Shown: positions 24,601 to 36,500 of the stretch, one piece after another
How the letters are laid out: every line of letters begins with the position of its first letter
Numbering within the stretch: position 1 is the first letter of the stretch
Assembly: GCA_012295275.1 (NCBI GenBank)
Contig: CM022671.1
Coordinates: 36,580,001 to 36,644,000, forward strand
Length of the DNA: 64,000 nt
Source: Chrysomallon squamiferum
Lineage: Eukaryota; Animalia; Mollusca
Direction of reading: 5' to 3'
Notes under the pieces: model-generated
The model's database searches: none
What the model was told of the DNA's origin: nothing
Seen by the model: the letters and a program-made list of their open reading frames with translations, nothing else
Program-made: the position numbers and the translations under genes

Positions 24601-27295
24601 ACTGTATCATGTCTCACTGTATCATGTCTCGCTGTATCATCTCTCACTGTATAATCTCTCACTGTATCATGTCTCACTGTATCATGTCTCACTGTATAAT
24701 CTCTCACTGTATCATGTCTGACTGTATCATCTCACTGTATCATCTCTCACTGTATCAATCTCTCACTGTATCATGTCTCACTGTATCATGTCTGACTGTA
24801 TCATCTCTGACTGTATCATCTCTGACTGTATCATCTCTGACTGTATCATGTCTGACTGTATCATGTCTCACTGTATCATCTCTGAATGTATCATGTCTGA
24901 CTGTATCATCTCTCACTGTATCATTTCTGACTATCATGTCTGACTGTATCATGTCTTACTGTATCATCTCTCACTGTATCATGTCTGACTGTATCATGTC
25001 TCACTGTGTCATCACTCACAGTATCATCTCTGACTGTATCATGTCTCACTGTATAATCTCTGACTGTATCATGTCTGACTGTATCATCTCTCACTGTATC
25101 ATCTCTCACTGTATCATGTCTCACTGTATCATGTCTCACTGTATAATCTCTCACTGTATAATCTCTCACTGTATCATGTCTCACTGTATCATCTCTCACT
25201 ATCATGTCTCACTGTATCATGTCTTACTGTATCATCTCTGACTGTATCATCTATCACTGTATCATCTCTGACTGTATCATGTCTTACTGTATCATCTCTG
25301 ACTGTATCATCTCTCACTGTATCATCTTTGACTGTATCATCTGACACTATCATCCAGTGGTTCAGTGCATGTTAGTTTAAAAACTGATATTTAATATTTC
25401 TGTCACTGTTATTTGATTAGTTATTTGTTTAGGTAATCAGTTTACCAGTTAAATGGAACACATGTCAGTCTAATTAGTCACAGTACATTTTACTAGACTT
25501 CTCTTGGCAAACTCTTAACCTTGAATTACCAGTGTTTGTTATCTCACACGTTTTTTTGTTTGCTTTTAGAAAATTCCAAAAATGCTGACAAAGATAAATG
25601 ACTATCACATTGTGACAGTGGGAGCTGGAGGGGAGTACACCGTTGCTATGGATATCAATGGTCAGATTCTTGTGTGGGGTAAAAATGACACTGGACAGGT
25701 ATGAGACAGTTTACTAAATTTTCAGTTAGTGATTTGTAGACCAGGGTATTAACTGACTGCATGTTACTTGTTATAGTCATTTAATGTTTTTTTTTTGTTT
25801 TTTTGAGAATGTAACATGTTTGTGTTAAAGCAAGTTAACAGTAAATGAAAATGTCTGGTTAACAGCTGGGACTAGACACCAGTGAGACGGGCAAGAAGAA
25901 ACTTCACTCACATCATCAGCATCATGTGACCTCCACCTATGAAGTCCTGGCACCTGTAAAACTCACAGGGTTACCTCGTGAAGAGCACACAGTTCAGTTA
26001 CCACAGCAACAGTCAGACAGTTCCGACTTGTGGGTACGTTTTCAGTTGCAACAACTTTGAAAATAACGTGTTAATTGTGCAGCATGATAATGTTATGTTT
26101 TGAGTACGTCAGTTAGATGAATGACACCAGGTTTTTTAAAAAAAACAAAACAAATATTTCAGCTCAAATGTTTAAAGGATTGCATGCTTCTTATGTTTGT
26201 GTGCACATATGTCTGTCTCAGTTATGATAGTACATAATTCTTTTTTTTTATTATTTTATTCTGATTATTTTCTGGTTTTTATTATTTTAATCTGATTATT
26301 TTCTGGGTTTTTTTTTTTTATTAATTTTAATCAAATTATTATTATTTTTGTTTTTTTTATTATTTCAATTAGATTATTGTTCTAATATTTCAGTTGTATG
26401 ATGATGATAAAGAAGATCAACTTTTAAATTTGTTACCTGATCTTGACACTGTGGGTGAAACGAAGTATTGTTGTAAAGTAATTCCACTAGTAGTGAAGGT
26501 AATAATTACCTGTCTATGAGTCTGTCTGTCTGTATGTTATCTAGACAAAAACAATAAAACAACCTGTAATACTTATTACTGATTTAGACTCAGTATTATC
26601 ATTAAGTCATTTAATTTATAATGAAATGAATATTTATATATCATTAATTATGTCTTTACATACTTGTGTCAGTGTTTCTAATCTCTACATGTATGTTGTA
26701 TCTGTCTATATATTTTTCTCTACATTTTCCACTGTTGTATTAAATTTTACAAGATAAATTTTTCAATTCAGTGTTTATGTTTTTTTTCTTTAGCTGTGCT
26801 GATAGTGTACTAAAATATTTAATTCCAGTTCTTGTCTCATGTTTGCTGTGTTACTGACATCATACGACTTTGTGTTGACCATTCTGATTGGCTGACAGCT
26901 GCTGACATCAGCATCCTGTTAGGAAATAACATTCAGGTAGTAAATACTGTTTTGTTGTGAAGTAATCACTACTACATTTGAGATGGTCAGAAAACTTATT
27001 TCACTTAGAAATCTTCAGATAGGCTTTGTGTTATTATTTGTGAATGTTGACTGATGTTAAAGGCTCTGTTTTGTTATTTATGAATGTTGATTTATGTTAA
27101 AGGCTCTGTGTTATTATTTATGAATGTTGATTGATGTTAAAGGCTCTGTGTTATTACATATGAATGTTGATTGATGTTACAGGCTCTCTGTTACCATCTA
27201 CAAGCTGTGTCTCAGATGGATGGAGACAAGAAGAGTGAACTGTCAGCACAGATAGCTCAGTACCACATCAGGTGTCTTATTACTTTCATACAGCA

Positions 27296-27332
<37 letters not shown>

Positions 27333-28671
27333 AGAGAGACACAGAAACAAACACACACTCACACACACATAGACACACACACATAGAGACACACACACAC
27401 AGAAACACACACACACAGAAACAAACACACACTCACACACACACACACACAGACACACACACACACACAGAAACAAACACACACTCACACATAGACACAC
27501 ACACATAGAGACACACACAGACATACACACAACACACACACAAACACATATACATGCACACAGACACATGAGTCAGAGTGATTCAGATGGAACAGCACAC
27601 ACACAGACACATAAACACATACACACACAGATACATAAACACACATAAAGACACACCCACCAACACGAAGACATTCATTTTTGACATTTCCAGTCTTCTG
27701 TTTTGCAGATTGTGTGTTGAAAAGATGGAAGAAGAGAAAGAACAGACTGAAGAATTAAAATCTATGATTGTTGAGGTAATTTTTAAATATCTTGAAAATA
27801 GCTGTTTGACAAGGCAAAGTTATAGGACTTACATCATTTCGATGTATTTTACTGTTTGCTGATGTCAAACAACACTTGCTGCTAACAAAAGGTATTGATT
27901 GATAAGATGTTGGTCATATATTACTATTACATATTGTTTAACTCCTTATAATCTAAAATTAAACAGATAATCTTACATTCAGTCGTTCTATTTGTCAAAT
28001 GTGTTCAAATGATTTCAGATTTTCAGACACTGGGATAGATGTGACCTTCCTGTGAGTGACCTTGAACTTCTGTTCACAGAGAATCTTCACCTTTTAGCTC
28101 TTCCCATTGGTCTTGTCATCTTCAGGTTGTTTATTTTATTTTATTTTATTTTATTTTATTTCATTTTATTTTTTTGGTTTAATGATTTTAGGTTTTTATT
28201 TTTTTTTATTTGTATATTTATTAATTTCTTTCTGTTCTTCTTTATTTATTTAGTATTTGTTTATTTATTTAGTTAGTTAGCTAGTAATTAAGTTAGTTGT
28301 TTTGCTGTCTTTCAGTGGGCTGAGAGTAAACAAAGCAGAGAGAAGTAAACAGCTGTATGTAGAACAGTTTTCAACTCAGTTCTGTCTGAGAGTTTTACAC
28401 TGTGTTCTCACCGGACACCCTGACTGGATGGACAGACAGTGGACGTGTGGACAGCAGTTGACGGAAGCGACTACAGTCGAGATTCAGACACAAGATAAAC
28501 TGACTGTGTATGACCAGGTGTGGAGAGATGTCGTGCAGAACTTGGAGAAAAATTACAAATCTCAGAGTCACATTTCTTTGACAAAACATGAGACTGGTCA
28601 CCTAGGCCAGCAGAATCTTACAGGTGTGTGTGTGTGTCGCTCTCTCTCCGCCCCCTCTCTCTCTCTCTCTC

Positions 28672-28734
<63 letters not shown>

Positions 28735-28745
28735 GTCTCTCTCTG

Positions 28746-28778
<33 letters not shown>

Positions 28779-29167
28779 AAGTATATATTTCATATATTCA
28801 TTTTATCTCTTTTACCTACTTGAAAATACAGAACATGTATGTGTTGTTGTTTTTATAAATATCAACGATAAGATTGCTTTAAATGTTTGATTTTGATGGT
28901 TTAAAATTTGGATGGGATGTTATATAGCTTATATTAAAATTATTTTCAGATAACTCAAGTGTTAAACCACTGACAGTACTGTTTACTTGTGGACATCACT
29001 TCACACAGGAGTCATTCACACGTGAAATTGTTGTCAGTTTGGAGGACAAACTTACAGACAAACTACCTTTCACTATGTCGTTACTCAAACAGTATTATAA
29101 CAGAGATGGGTTACTTCCCCTCGCCTGTCCTAAGTGTGTACTCAGTGCTTTGATTACGTTATCATGA
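11695..29167 (+). CDS. RCC1-repeat protein, ~1,509 aa, 32 exons; probably claret/GLO-4-like Rab GEF family
   Basis: Phase-consistent exons: 11695-11839, 12381-12550 (GC donor), 12888-12960, 13404-13471, 13769-13891, 14143-14287, 14578-14705, 16267-16437, 17698-17936, 18136-18313, 18767-18966, 19310-19406, 19674-19800, 20002-20206, 20468-20531, 21049-21195, 21396 (or 21354)-21481, 21887-22022, 22342-22496, 22925-23075, 23418-23552, 23733-23912, 24257-24364, 25570-25698, 25866-26033, 26394-26498, 26829-26936, 27183-27271, 27709-27775, 28019-28125, 28316-28623, 28950-29167 (TGA). RCC1 repeats include [79 protein letters not shown]-terminus has FTCGHHF...LACPKC. Gene structure is solid; orthology is inferred. 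Confidence 0.88.
14700..15150 (+). repeat. ~41-bp minisatellite starting at splice donor 14706
   Basis: Unit tacaggtaacatacagtaatgttgattgtatacacaggtatat, ~10 copies. Confidence 0.88.
15966..16308 (+). repeat. 70-bp tandem repeat of acceptor plus exon start, 5 copies
   Basis: atacaggt at 16051, 16121, 16191 and 16261, plus a degenerate copy near 15981. Confidence 0.92.
18305..18620 (+). repeat. 20-bp minisatellite starting at splice donor 18314
   Basis: Unit ctgtctaatatgtaacacac; the first copy spans the exon end. Confidence 0.88.
20175..20390 (+). repeat. 40-bp tandem repeat of exon end plus donor
   Basis: AG|GT at 20205, 20245, 20285 and 20325. Confidence 0.88.
21636..21925 (+). repeat. 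~60-bp tandem repeat of acceptor plus exon start
   Basis: Unit aggtgaaaacaaggtgtaaattaattatatatttatacagactaggacatggagaactgac. Confidence 0.88.
22493..22860 (+). repeat. Degenerate ~21-bp minisatellite starting at donor 22497
   Basis: Unit gtgagt/gtaagt-gttatttattatata. Confidence 0.75.
23060..23262 (+). repeat. 34-bp then ~18-bp tandem repeat starting at exon end / donor 23076
   Basis: ggcactcacagaacaggtacacactgtttacaca is duplicated, then caggtacacactgtttaca units follow. Confidence 0.85.
24457..25352. repeat. 15-bp minisatellite (atcatgtctcactgt), ~60 copies, intronic
   Basis: Directly visible; source of the SHCII / RHDTV spurious ORFs. Confidence 0.95.
27020..27190 (+). repeat. 40-bp tandem repeat ending at acceptor 27182
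   Basis: aggctct at 27061, 27101, 27141 and 27181. Confidence 0.85.
27295..27660. repeat. Degenerate (CA)n/(GA)n low-complexity tract
   Basis: Directly visible. Confidence 0.9.
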
Positions 29168-29236
29168 TGGGTTACCGTGGTAACATGTCACTCAGGCTGT
29201 TGTGCTTATTTTTCACTGACAGATCATGATATATAT

Positions 29237-29568
29237 GTATGACAGTGTGAGATGTTTATAGTAAGGTATGTCATTTTCTGAGATGTTTTAGTAAAGTATG
29301 GCAGTGTGAGATGTTTTAGTAAAGTATGACAGTGTGAGATGTTTTAGTAAAGTATGACAGTGGGAGATGTTTTAGTAAAGTATGACAGTGTGAGATGTTT
29401 TAGTAAAGTATGACAGTGTGAGATGTTTATAGTAAGGTATGACATTTTGTGAGATGTTTCTAGTAAAGTATGACAGTGTGAGATGTTTTAGTAAAGTATG
29501 ACTGTGAGATGTTTTAGTAAAGTATGGCAGTGTGAGATGTTTTAGTAAAGTATGACAGTGGGAGATGT
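29237..29568 (+). repeat. 28-bp minisatellite in the 3' UTR (gtatgacagtgtgagatgttttagtaaa), ~12 copies
   Basis: Lies between stop 29167 and AATAAA 29626. Confidence 0.9.
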
Positions 29569-29625
29569 GATGTGATTCTAGTCTGAGTTATGCAGTGATA
29601 GTTGTTACTTGTGTTAATTATGTTG

Positions 29626-29631
29626 AATAAA
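29626..29631 (+). terminator. Putative polyadenylation signal of the RCC1-domain gene
   Basis: First AATAAA downstream of stop 29167, followed by T-rich sequence. Confidence 0.4.
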
Positions 29632-32600
29632 ATTAATGTTTGATTTAATATTTGTATTTTATCATTGTCTAGTTTCTGTTTAAACTTGAAAATGTTGAAA
29701 CCCAGATTTCATTGTTTGTCATTTTCTAATTCGTAATTGAGAGATGGTTCTAATCAAAGCAAACATGATAAAAATACAGAACAGTCTCAAACTACTATTT
29801 TATTTCACAAATTATTATTAGCTGTGTAATTTCATATTATTATTTTTATACTGATGGATACATACATATTTCTAAGTTTAAAAACAAATTATTATCTGTA
29901 CATATGTTGGTATTTTTTAATGTGGGTTATTATTTTTCTATCTGAGCTGTTGACCTGTTTTAAAGAATCAGATTCCCTAAAGACCAGTTTATTTTTCTCT
30001 GTATTTTACAAATTTACAAACAAAATATTTTATTTGTGTTCCCTCGCATCAGTTTATTTATATACATATTTGTTTTCTATTTTAATAAATAACATCTTGC
30101 CTGTTTTCTATTTGAAACTAACTCTGGTTTGCATAGATATTACATCGTCACAACATTGTATGACAATAGTTTCAACAACTGTATGCATGGAGATCATGTG
30201 AACAAACAACATAGTATGATGTTTACTTTTCCATACTAGATTGCTTGGAAGTTGCTTTGACGAACAACACAGTACGATGTTTAAGTTCTCATACTGCTTT
30301 GCATGGAGGCTAGATTCACTTTACTTTGAATGACATTTATGTTTCCATGCAACATATGAAGATGTGATGGCACACGTCATTTCATTTAAGTGTACACTGA
30401 CTGAAAATTTGAGAATGTTATAATTAAACATTATCAGAGTCGAATGCTTCATTAGAAATATGTTACCTGTGTGCAGTGAAAGGTGTTATTAAATTTATTA
30501 CTTGCACATCAACCATCACACTTTTGTATCAGAAAACTGAGTTTGTTGAAACACATAACAAAAAGAAGTCAGAATATAATTTATTAATAGATATTTACAC
30601 AATTCAGAATACACGTACAAGTTTCATTAGGTACAATCCTAAATATCTATATCAAATAAAGCTTATCAACTGTCCTCAAAACACTTATTGTGTGTGTTCA
30701 GAAATATAATATTTTAAAGTGAATTTTATGGTTAAAGCTTGTTATCTGCGTTGAACGATAACTGTAAATATATTTACATGGACAAACGATGTGTTTCATC
30801 ACAAAATACAATAAATGCATTATAAATTATATATTAAGAAAATATAAATAACAAAAAAGAATGAAAGAAAAGAAAAGAAATAAATTTTCAGCCATGGGAA
30901 GCCATATATGGTCTTGTTCCCATTTCTTTCTTTTTTTGTTGCATTTTTCTCAGAAAAGTGCCAGTGGACATATTCGCATTTTGTGATGAAACTCTACGAA
31001 TACTTCTTTATCTACCCGCAAAGATGATTAACAATATTTAATTAATTTTTTTTTGTTGTTGTTGATTTTTTAAATATACAACAAGTTAGCCTGATATTTA
31101 GCAGAGATTAATTTAAATCAATTATATTTACTAAGCAATATTTAACCGTAAAATACATTTTATAGAACAGTAACACTCTCAACATTGTAACTAAACAGTA
31201 TTAAAATATTGTATTCAAATATACAAATAACAATTTTAATGTGAATTTCATATTATCTTTTTTCATTTTATTTCTCGTACTTCTAAAAACGTAAAAATAT
31301 GCCTAGCAAACAAACAAAATCCCAATTTCACTATAAATAAATAAATTCACTGTTAACTATACAGTAGGACTCCGATATTGCTATTTATTAGTATAAACTG
31401 ACATATGATAACTGAATATTAAAACAAAACAGTGAACATTAATAATATAGACATCTGTATTATATACACGGGTTGGAATACACATGTGAGTATCACTGTC
31501 AAACACTTGTCAGTACTGTACATGACAAAGAACTCTTCAATAACAAATATGTCACAGTAAAACACTACACGCAAGTAAATTATTGAGTACACAGATGAAA
31601 CAAACTAACAAACACATCCAGTCAACTGTCAGAAATGTGACAACTATATACAAACCATACCAAACACAAATATTCTGTTGGGTTTTATTTATTTATTTAC
31701 TTACTTACTTATTTATTTGTTTGCATTTGTTTTTATTATAAAATGTTTAAATAATAATAATACTAATTATATATATTACAGTATTAAAGCAATATTTTCA
31801 ACATGAACTTAAGTAAATAAATAAAGTTATAAATTCAGTTATCAATATTACTCAGATCAGGCTCGTTTGACAAACATGTTCAAAACTTTTTTCACACCAA
31901 ACCTGCCACATTTGTGAAAGTTAGCACGTCGTATACAAACTAATTTATATCTGAGCTGTATTAACATAATATAGGTAGTACAAAGGAGGCCCATTAATTA
32001 CATTTAACAGATAATTATAAACTCTTAGTATGTTAAATATGTTAAAACTAATAACACTTCACCAGACCGATTCTCAAAGATATAGCAGATAAATAAATAA
32101 ATAAATAAATAAATTATATTTTAATATTTGAAACTGAGACATTAATTTCTACAACAGTTCAGTGACAATAATTTTCTCTGCGAGTTAGGAAACATAAGAG
32201 ATACAGCTTAATGTTCACAACTGTCCACTGACTCAAACATCACAAAGGAGATCAATTAAATAAATTATCACACAAATGTCGTCTTCTTCTCTCTATTTTG
32301 TTGTTTTGTGTTCTCATTTTTCTCTTTTTAGACTTCTATTTCCATATTAAGAAATCTCAATAAGTATTAAAAACAAGCGTATGTTATTAAAAAAAAGAAA
32401 TAAAATAGATAATAACAAAATAACTAAATAAATAAATATGTATAAAGAAAACATTAAGAGAACAAACAAGGGTTTCTGTCACCTCTCATTTCATAATAAT
32501 AAACCATTTCTTTAACTGATAACAAAACAGTTTCTTTCAGCAGTTCGCTGATAATTCCATAGATGAATTGTATAAAGCTGACCGTACCTGTCACTAATTC

Positions 32601-32803
32601 AGCAGTTCATAGTCTGACATCTGACGTAAAATAATATTACTGGACGGTTTTTGTTATCACAGAAGTTGTTTCAGCATTTTTAAATAATTATATTATTAAA
32701 TTACAGTATGTTACACACACAAACATGTACACACACACACATTCACATCTACATTTACATATATACAGTCACACACACATATATATACACATATATATAT
32801 AAA

Positions 32804-32834
<31 letters not shown>

Positions 32835-32945
32835 CATAATAATAATAATAAATAAATATATAAAAAATATATAGATAGAATAAATATATTTACTATTACT
32901 ACTACTATTACCACCACTTTTACTACTGCAGCTACTTTTTTTCAC

Positions 32946-32979
<34 letters not shown>

Positions 32980-33288
32980 TTAATAATAATAAAAATCATC
33001 ATCGTCATCACTGCTTATCAAAATGCTAATGAAAATATTTGTGTATAACATACGTAAATAAAATGTTTGGTAATTAAGATATTTTTGTTGTTGGTAACTA
33101 AATCTTATTTAAATCCTTCCAGTTTATCATTGTGAGGGAATGTTAAAAAAGCGTTAGATATTAGTTAACATTTCTGAAATAATTTATATTCTAGATACAA
33201 GCAACTTTTTTCATTTTCATAGAACTACATTTGCTAGGTGCACTATGTGTGTCTGCATTTGTATATTTGCCAATACACGATATCTGTC

Positions 33289-33392
<104 letters not shown>

Positions 33393-33599
33393 AAAGAAGG
33401 TAGATAGGAAAACATTTCAGACAGATATGAATATACAAATTTCGACATTTGACATTGGACTATTCAGTATTAAAAATATGTGATAGTTCTTTATCTCCTT
33501 CAAGTGTTATCTCTAATGGATAATAAAAAAAAAATAGTTTTCTTGACACAGTTCCTTGAAACTAAAATGTAAATATTTCAGAAAGCGGGAATCTGTGAA

Positions 33600-36500
33600 T
33601 TACGACACTTTTCTCTGTTTAGCAGACTGCTCTTTGCTTGATAGTGTCTTGTCTAATCCTGGGGCTGGAATTGATTTGCCTGGCACCGTGGATCTCACTT
33701 TAGGTGGAATCTTCTTTGGCTGAGGGAACTTCTGATCCATTTGTTTCTTCAGCCTGTCTCGTTCTGCTTGCTGTTGTTTGTACAGAGACTGGGTCTTCTT
33801 GCTGGAGTGCGACGCCTGGGCTGAATGAGGGGGTGGAGGAGCATTGACGTTTGGTTTGATGTGTTTCGACGTCCTCATCAGCTTCTTCAGATAAGCCATC
33901 TTCTCTATCTGTGCCTGCGCTTTGCTCTTAGCTTTTTTCTTCATTTCTTCATCTACTTTTTCTTCTTTTTTAGGTTTCTTCTTCTTGTCTTCCGTGTCTT
34001 TGTAACCAAACAGTTTGGTGCTGATCAAGTCCATGAGGTCGATGGACTCCTCGTGAGGTTTCTGTTTGATTGGTTGTAAATATTTGTTTTTCCCCTGACC
34101 GGAGTCACTGCCTTTCTTACTCGACCACACAGTCTTGAGGGCATTTTTCACTATGCTGAAGATACTCGCTTCTTTCTTGCCTTTACGAACTTTCTTTTTG
34201 AGTTTAAGAAGTTTTTTCTTCCCAGTGCATTTCCCTTTCTCACACTGTTTTACCTGTAAGTCATCTGGAATACCGTCCCCATCATCATCGTCATCTAGAT
34301 AATCTGGGATGCCGTCATTGTCATCATCGTCATCCAGATAGTCTGGGATGCCGTCTCCGTCTGTGTCAACAAGTTTATCTGGGATACCATCACCATCAGC
34401 ATCTTCGTCTAAGTGATCTGGAATGCCGTCACCGTCAGAATCCTGTTCATGGTCTGGTATCCCATCTCCATTTTTATCTTCGTCCCTGTGATCAGGAATT
34501 CCATCGCCATCTTGATCAGGAAGCCTGTCGGGAATACCGTCACCATCAGCATCGTCGTCCAAATAGTCGGGAATACCATCGCCGTCGAAGTCTTCCTTGT
34601 CATCAGGTATGCCGTCGCCATCATCATCATTGTCCAAGTAGTCTGGTATTCCATCATTATCATCGTCATCGTCGAGATAATCTGGTATACCGTCACCGTC
34701 AGTGTCTTTCTCCATGAAGTCAGGAATACCGTTTCCATCTCGATCCGTGTCCAGGTGATCTGGAATTCCGTCATTATCGTCATCATTGTCTAGATAATCC
34801 GGAATCCCGTCACCATCAGTGTCACCTTCAAGGTCATCCGGTATGCCGTTACCATCGGCATCATCGTCTTCATCGTCTGGGATCCCATCATTATCGTCAT
34901 CATCATCTAGGTAGTCGGGTATTCCATCGCCATCGCTGTCTATCTGTTCTTCGTCAGGAATGCCATCCCCGTCATCATCATTGTCTAGGTAATCAGGAAT
35001 TCCATCATTATCATCGTCATCATCTAAATGGTCAGGTATTCCATCACCGTCTGTGTCTTTCCAGTCAATGCCGTCGGGAATGCCGTCTCCATCTATGTCG
35101 TCATCTTCAGTGTCTGGGATTCCATCGTTGTCGTCATCATCGTCAAGATAATCCGGAATGCCATCTCCGTCGGTGTCAATCTGCTGATAATCTGGTATTC
35201 CATCACCATTTGAATCATCATCCAGGAAGTCAGGGATGCCATCATTGTCATCATCATCATCCAAATAATCAGGAATTCCATCCCCGTCAGTATCAAGTTC
35301 CTCATCATCTGGGATACCATCTCCGTCATCATCATCATCCAAATAGTCCGGAATGCCATCATTATCATCGTCATCATCTAAGTAATCAGGAATGCCATCC
35401 CCATCGGTGTCTAATTCTAGATGATCAGGAATTCCGTTGCCGTTGTCATCATCATCTAAGTAATCAGGAATGCCGTCATTGTCGTCGTCATCATCGAGAT
35501 AATCTGGAATTCCATCACCGTCCGTGTCCACTTCTTTGTTATCAGGAATTCCATCACCATCATCGTCATCATCTTCACTGTCAGGGATACCATCATTGTC
35601 ATCATCATCATCCAAGTAGTCAGGAATTCCATCACCATCTGTGTCAACTTGCTGGTAATCTGGCACACCGTCACCGTCATCATCATCATCTAAGTAATCT
35701 GGAATTCCATCATTATCATCATCTTCGTCGAGATAGTCAGGAATACCATCTCCATCTGTATCCACTTTGAGATAGTCAGGTATACCGTCCCCATCTGCAT
35801 CTTCGTCCAAGTGATCAGGTATGCCATCGTTGTCATCGTCATCGTCTAAATAATCAGGAATTCCGTCTCCATCTGTATCTTTAGTCTTGTTTATTTTTTC
35901 TGATGTGCTGTCGTCTTCATCGCTGTCGTCATCAAGATAGTCTGGAATGCCGTCTCCGTCGCTGTCTTTCTCTTTCTCGTCGGGAATCCCATCGCCGTCA
36001 GCATCGTCATCAAGATAATCGGGAATTCCATCGCCATCCGTGTCTAGCATTTTATCAACGTTTGTGGTTTTGATTCCCCTCTTCATTTTAAAAACTTTGG
36101 CTTTCTTTTGTTGAGCATCTGGAATACCATCCCCATCATCATCATGATCAAGGTGATCAGGAATTCCATCTCCATCATCGTCATCATCTAAATTATCAGG
36201 AATTCCATCACCGTCTGTATCTATTTGCTGATAATCTGGAATTCCATCACCATCCGCATCTTCATCTAAATGGTCAGGTATTCCGTCATTATCATCATCA
36301 TCATCCAAATAATCAGGAATTCCATCCCCGTCGGTATCAATCTCTTTGAAATCAGGGATGCCATTGCCATCAGCATCTTCATCTAGGTAGTCAGGAATAC
36401 CGTCTCCATCTGAATCGATGTCCAAATAGTCGGGGATACCATCACCGTCAGAATCGAGCTCTAGAGAATCGGGAATGCCGTCACCGTCAGAATCTTTATC

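Noticed and set aside
24369-25241. ORFs with SHCII / RHDTV repeats (up to 275 aa)
   Set aside because: Translations of an intronic 15-bp minisatellite, with frameshifts among units.
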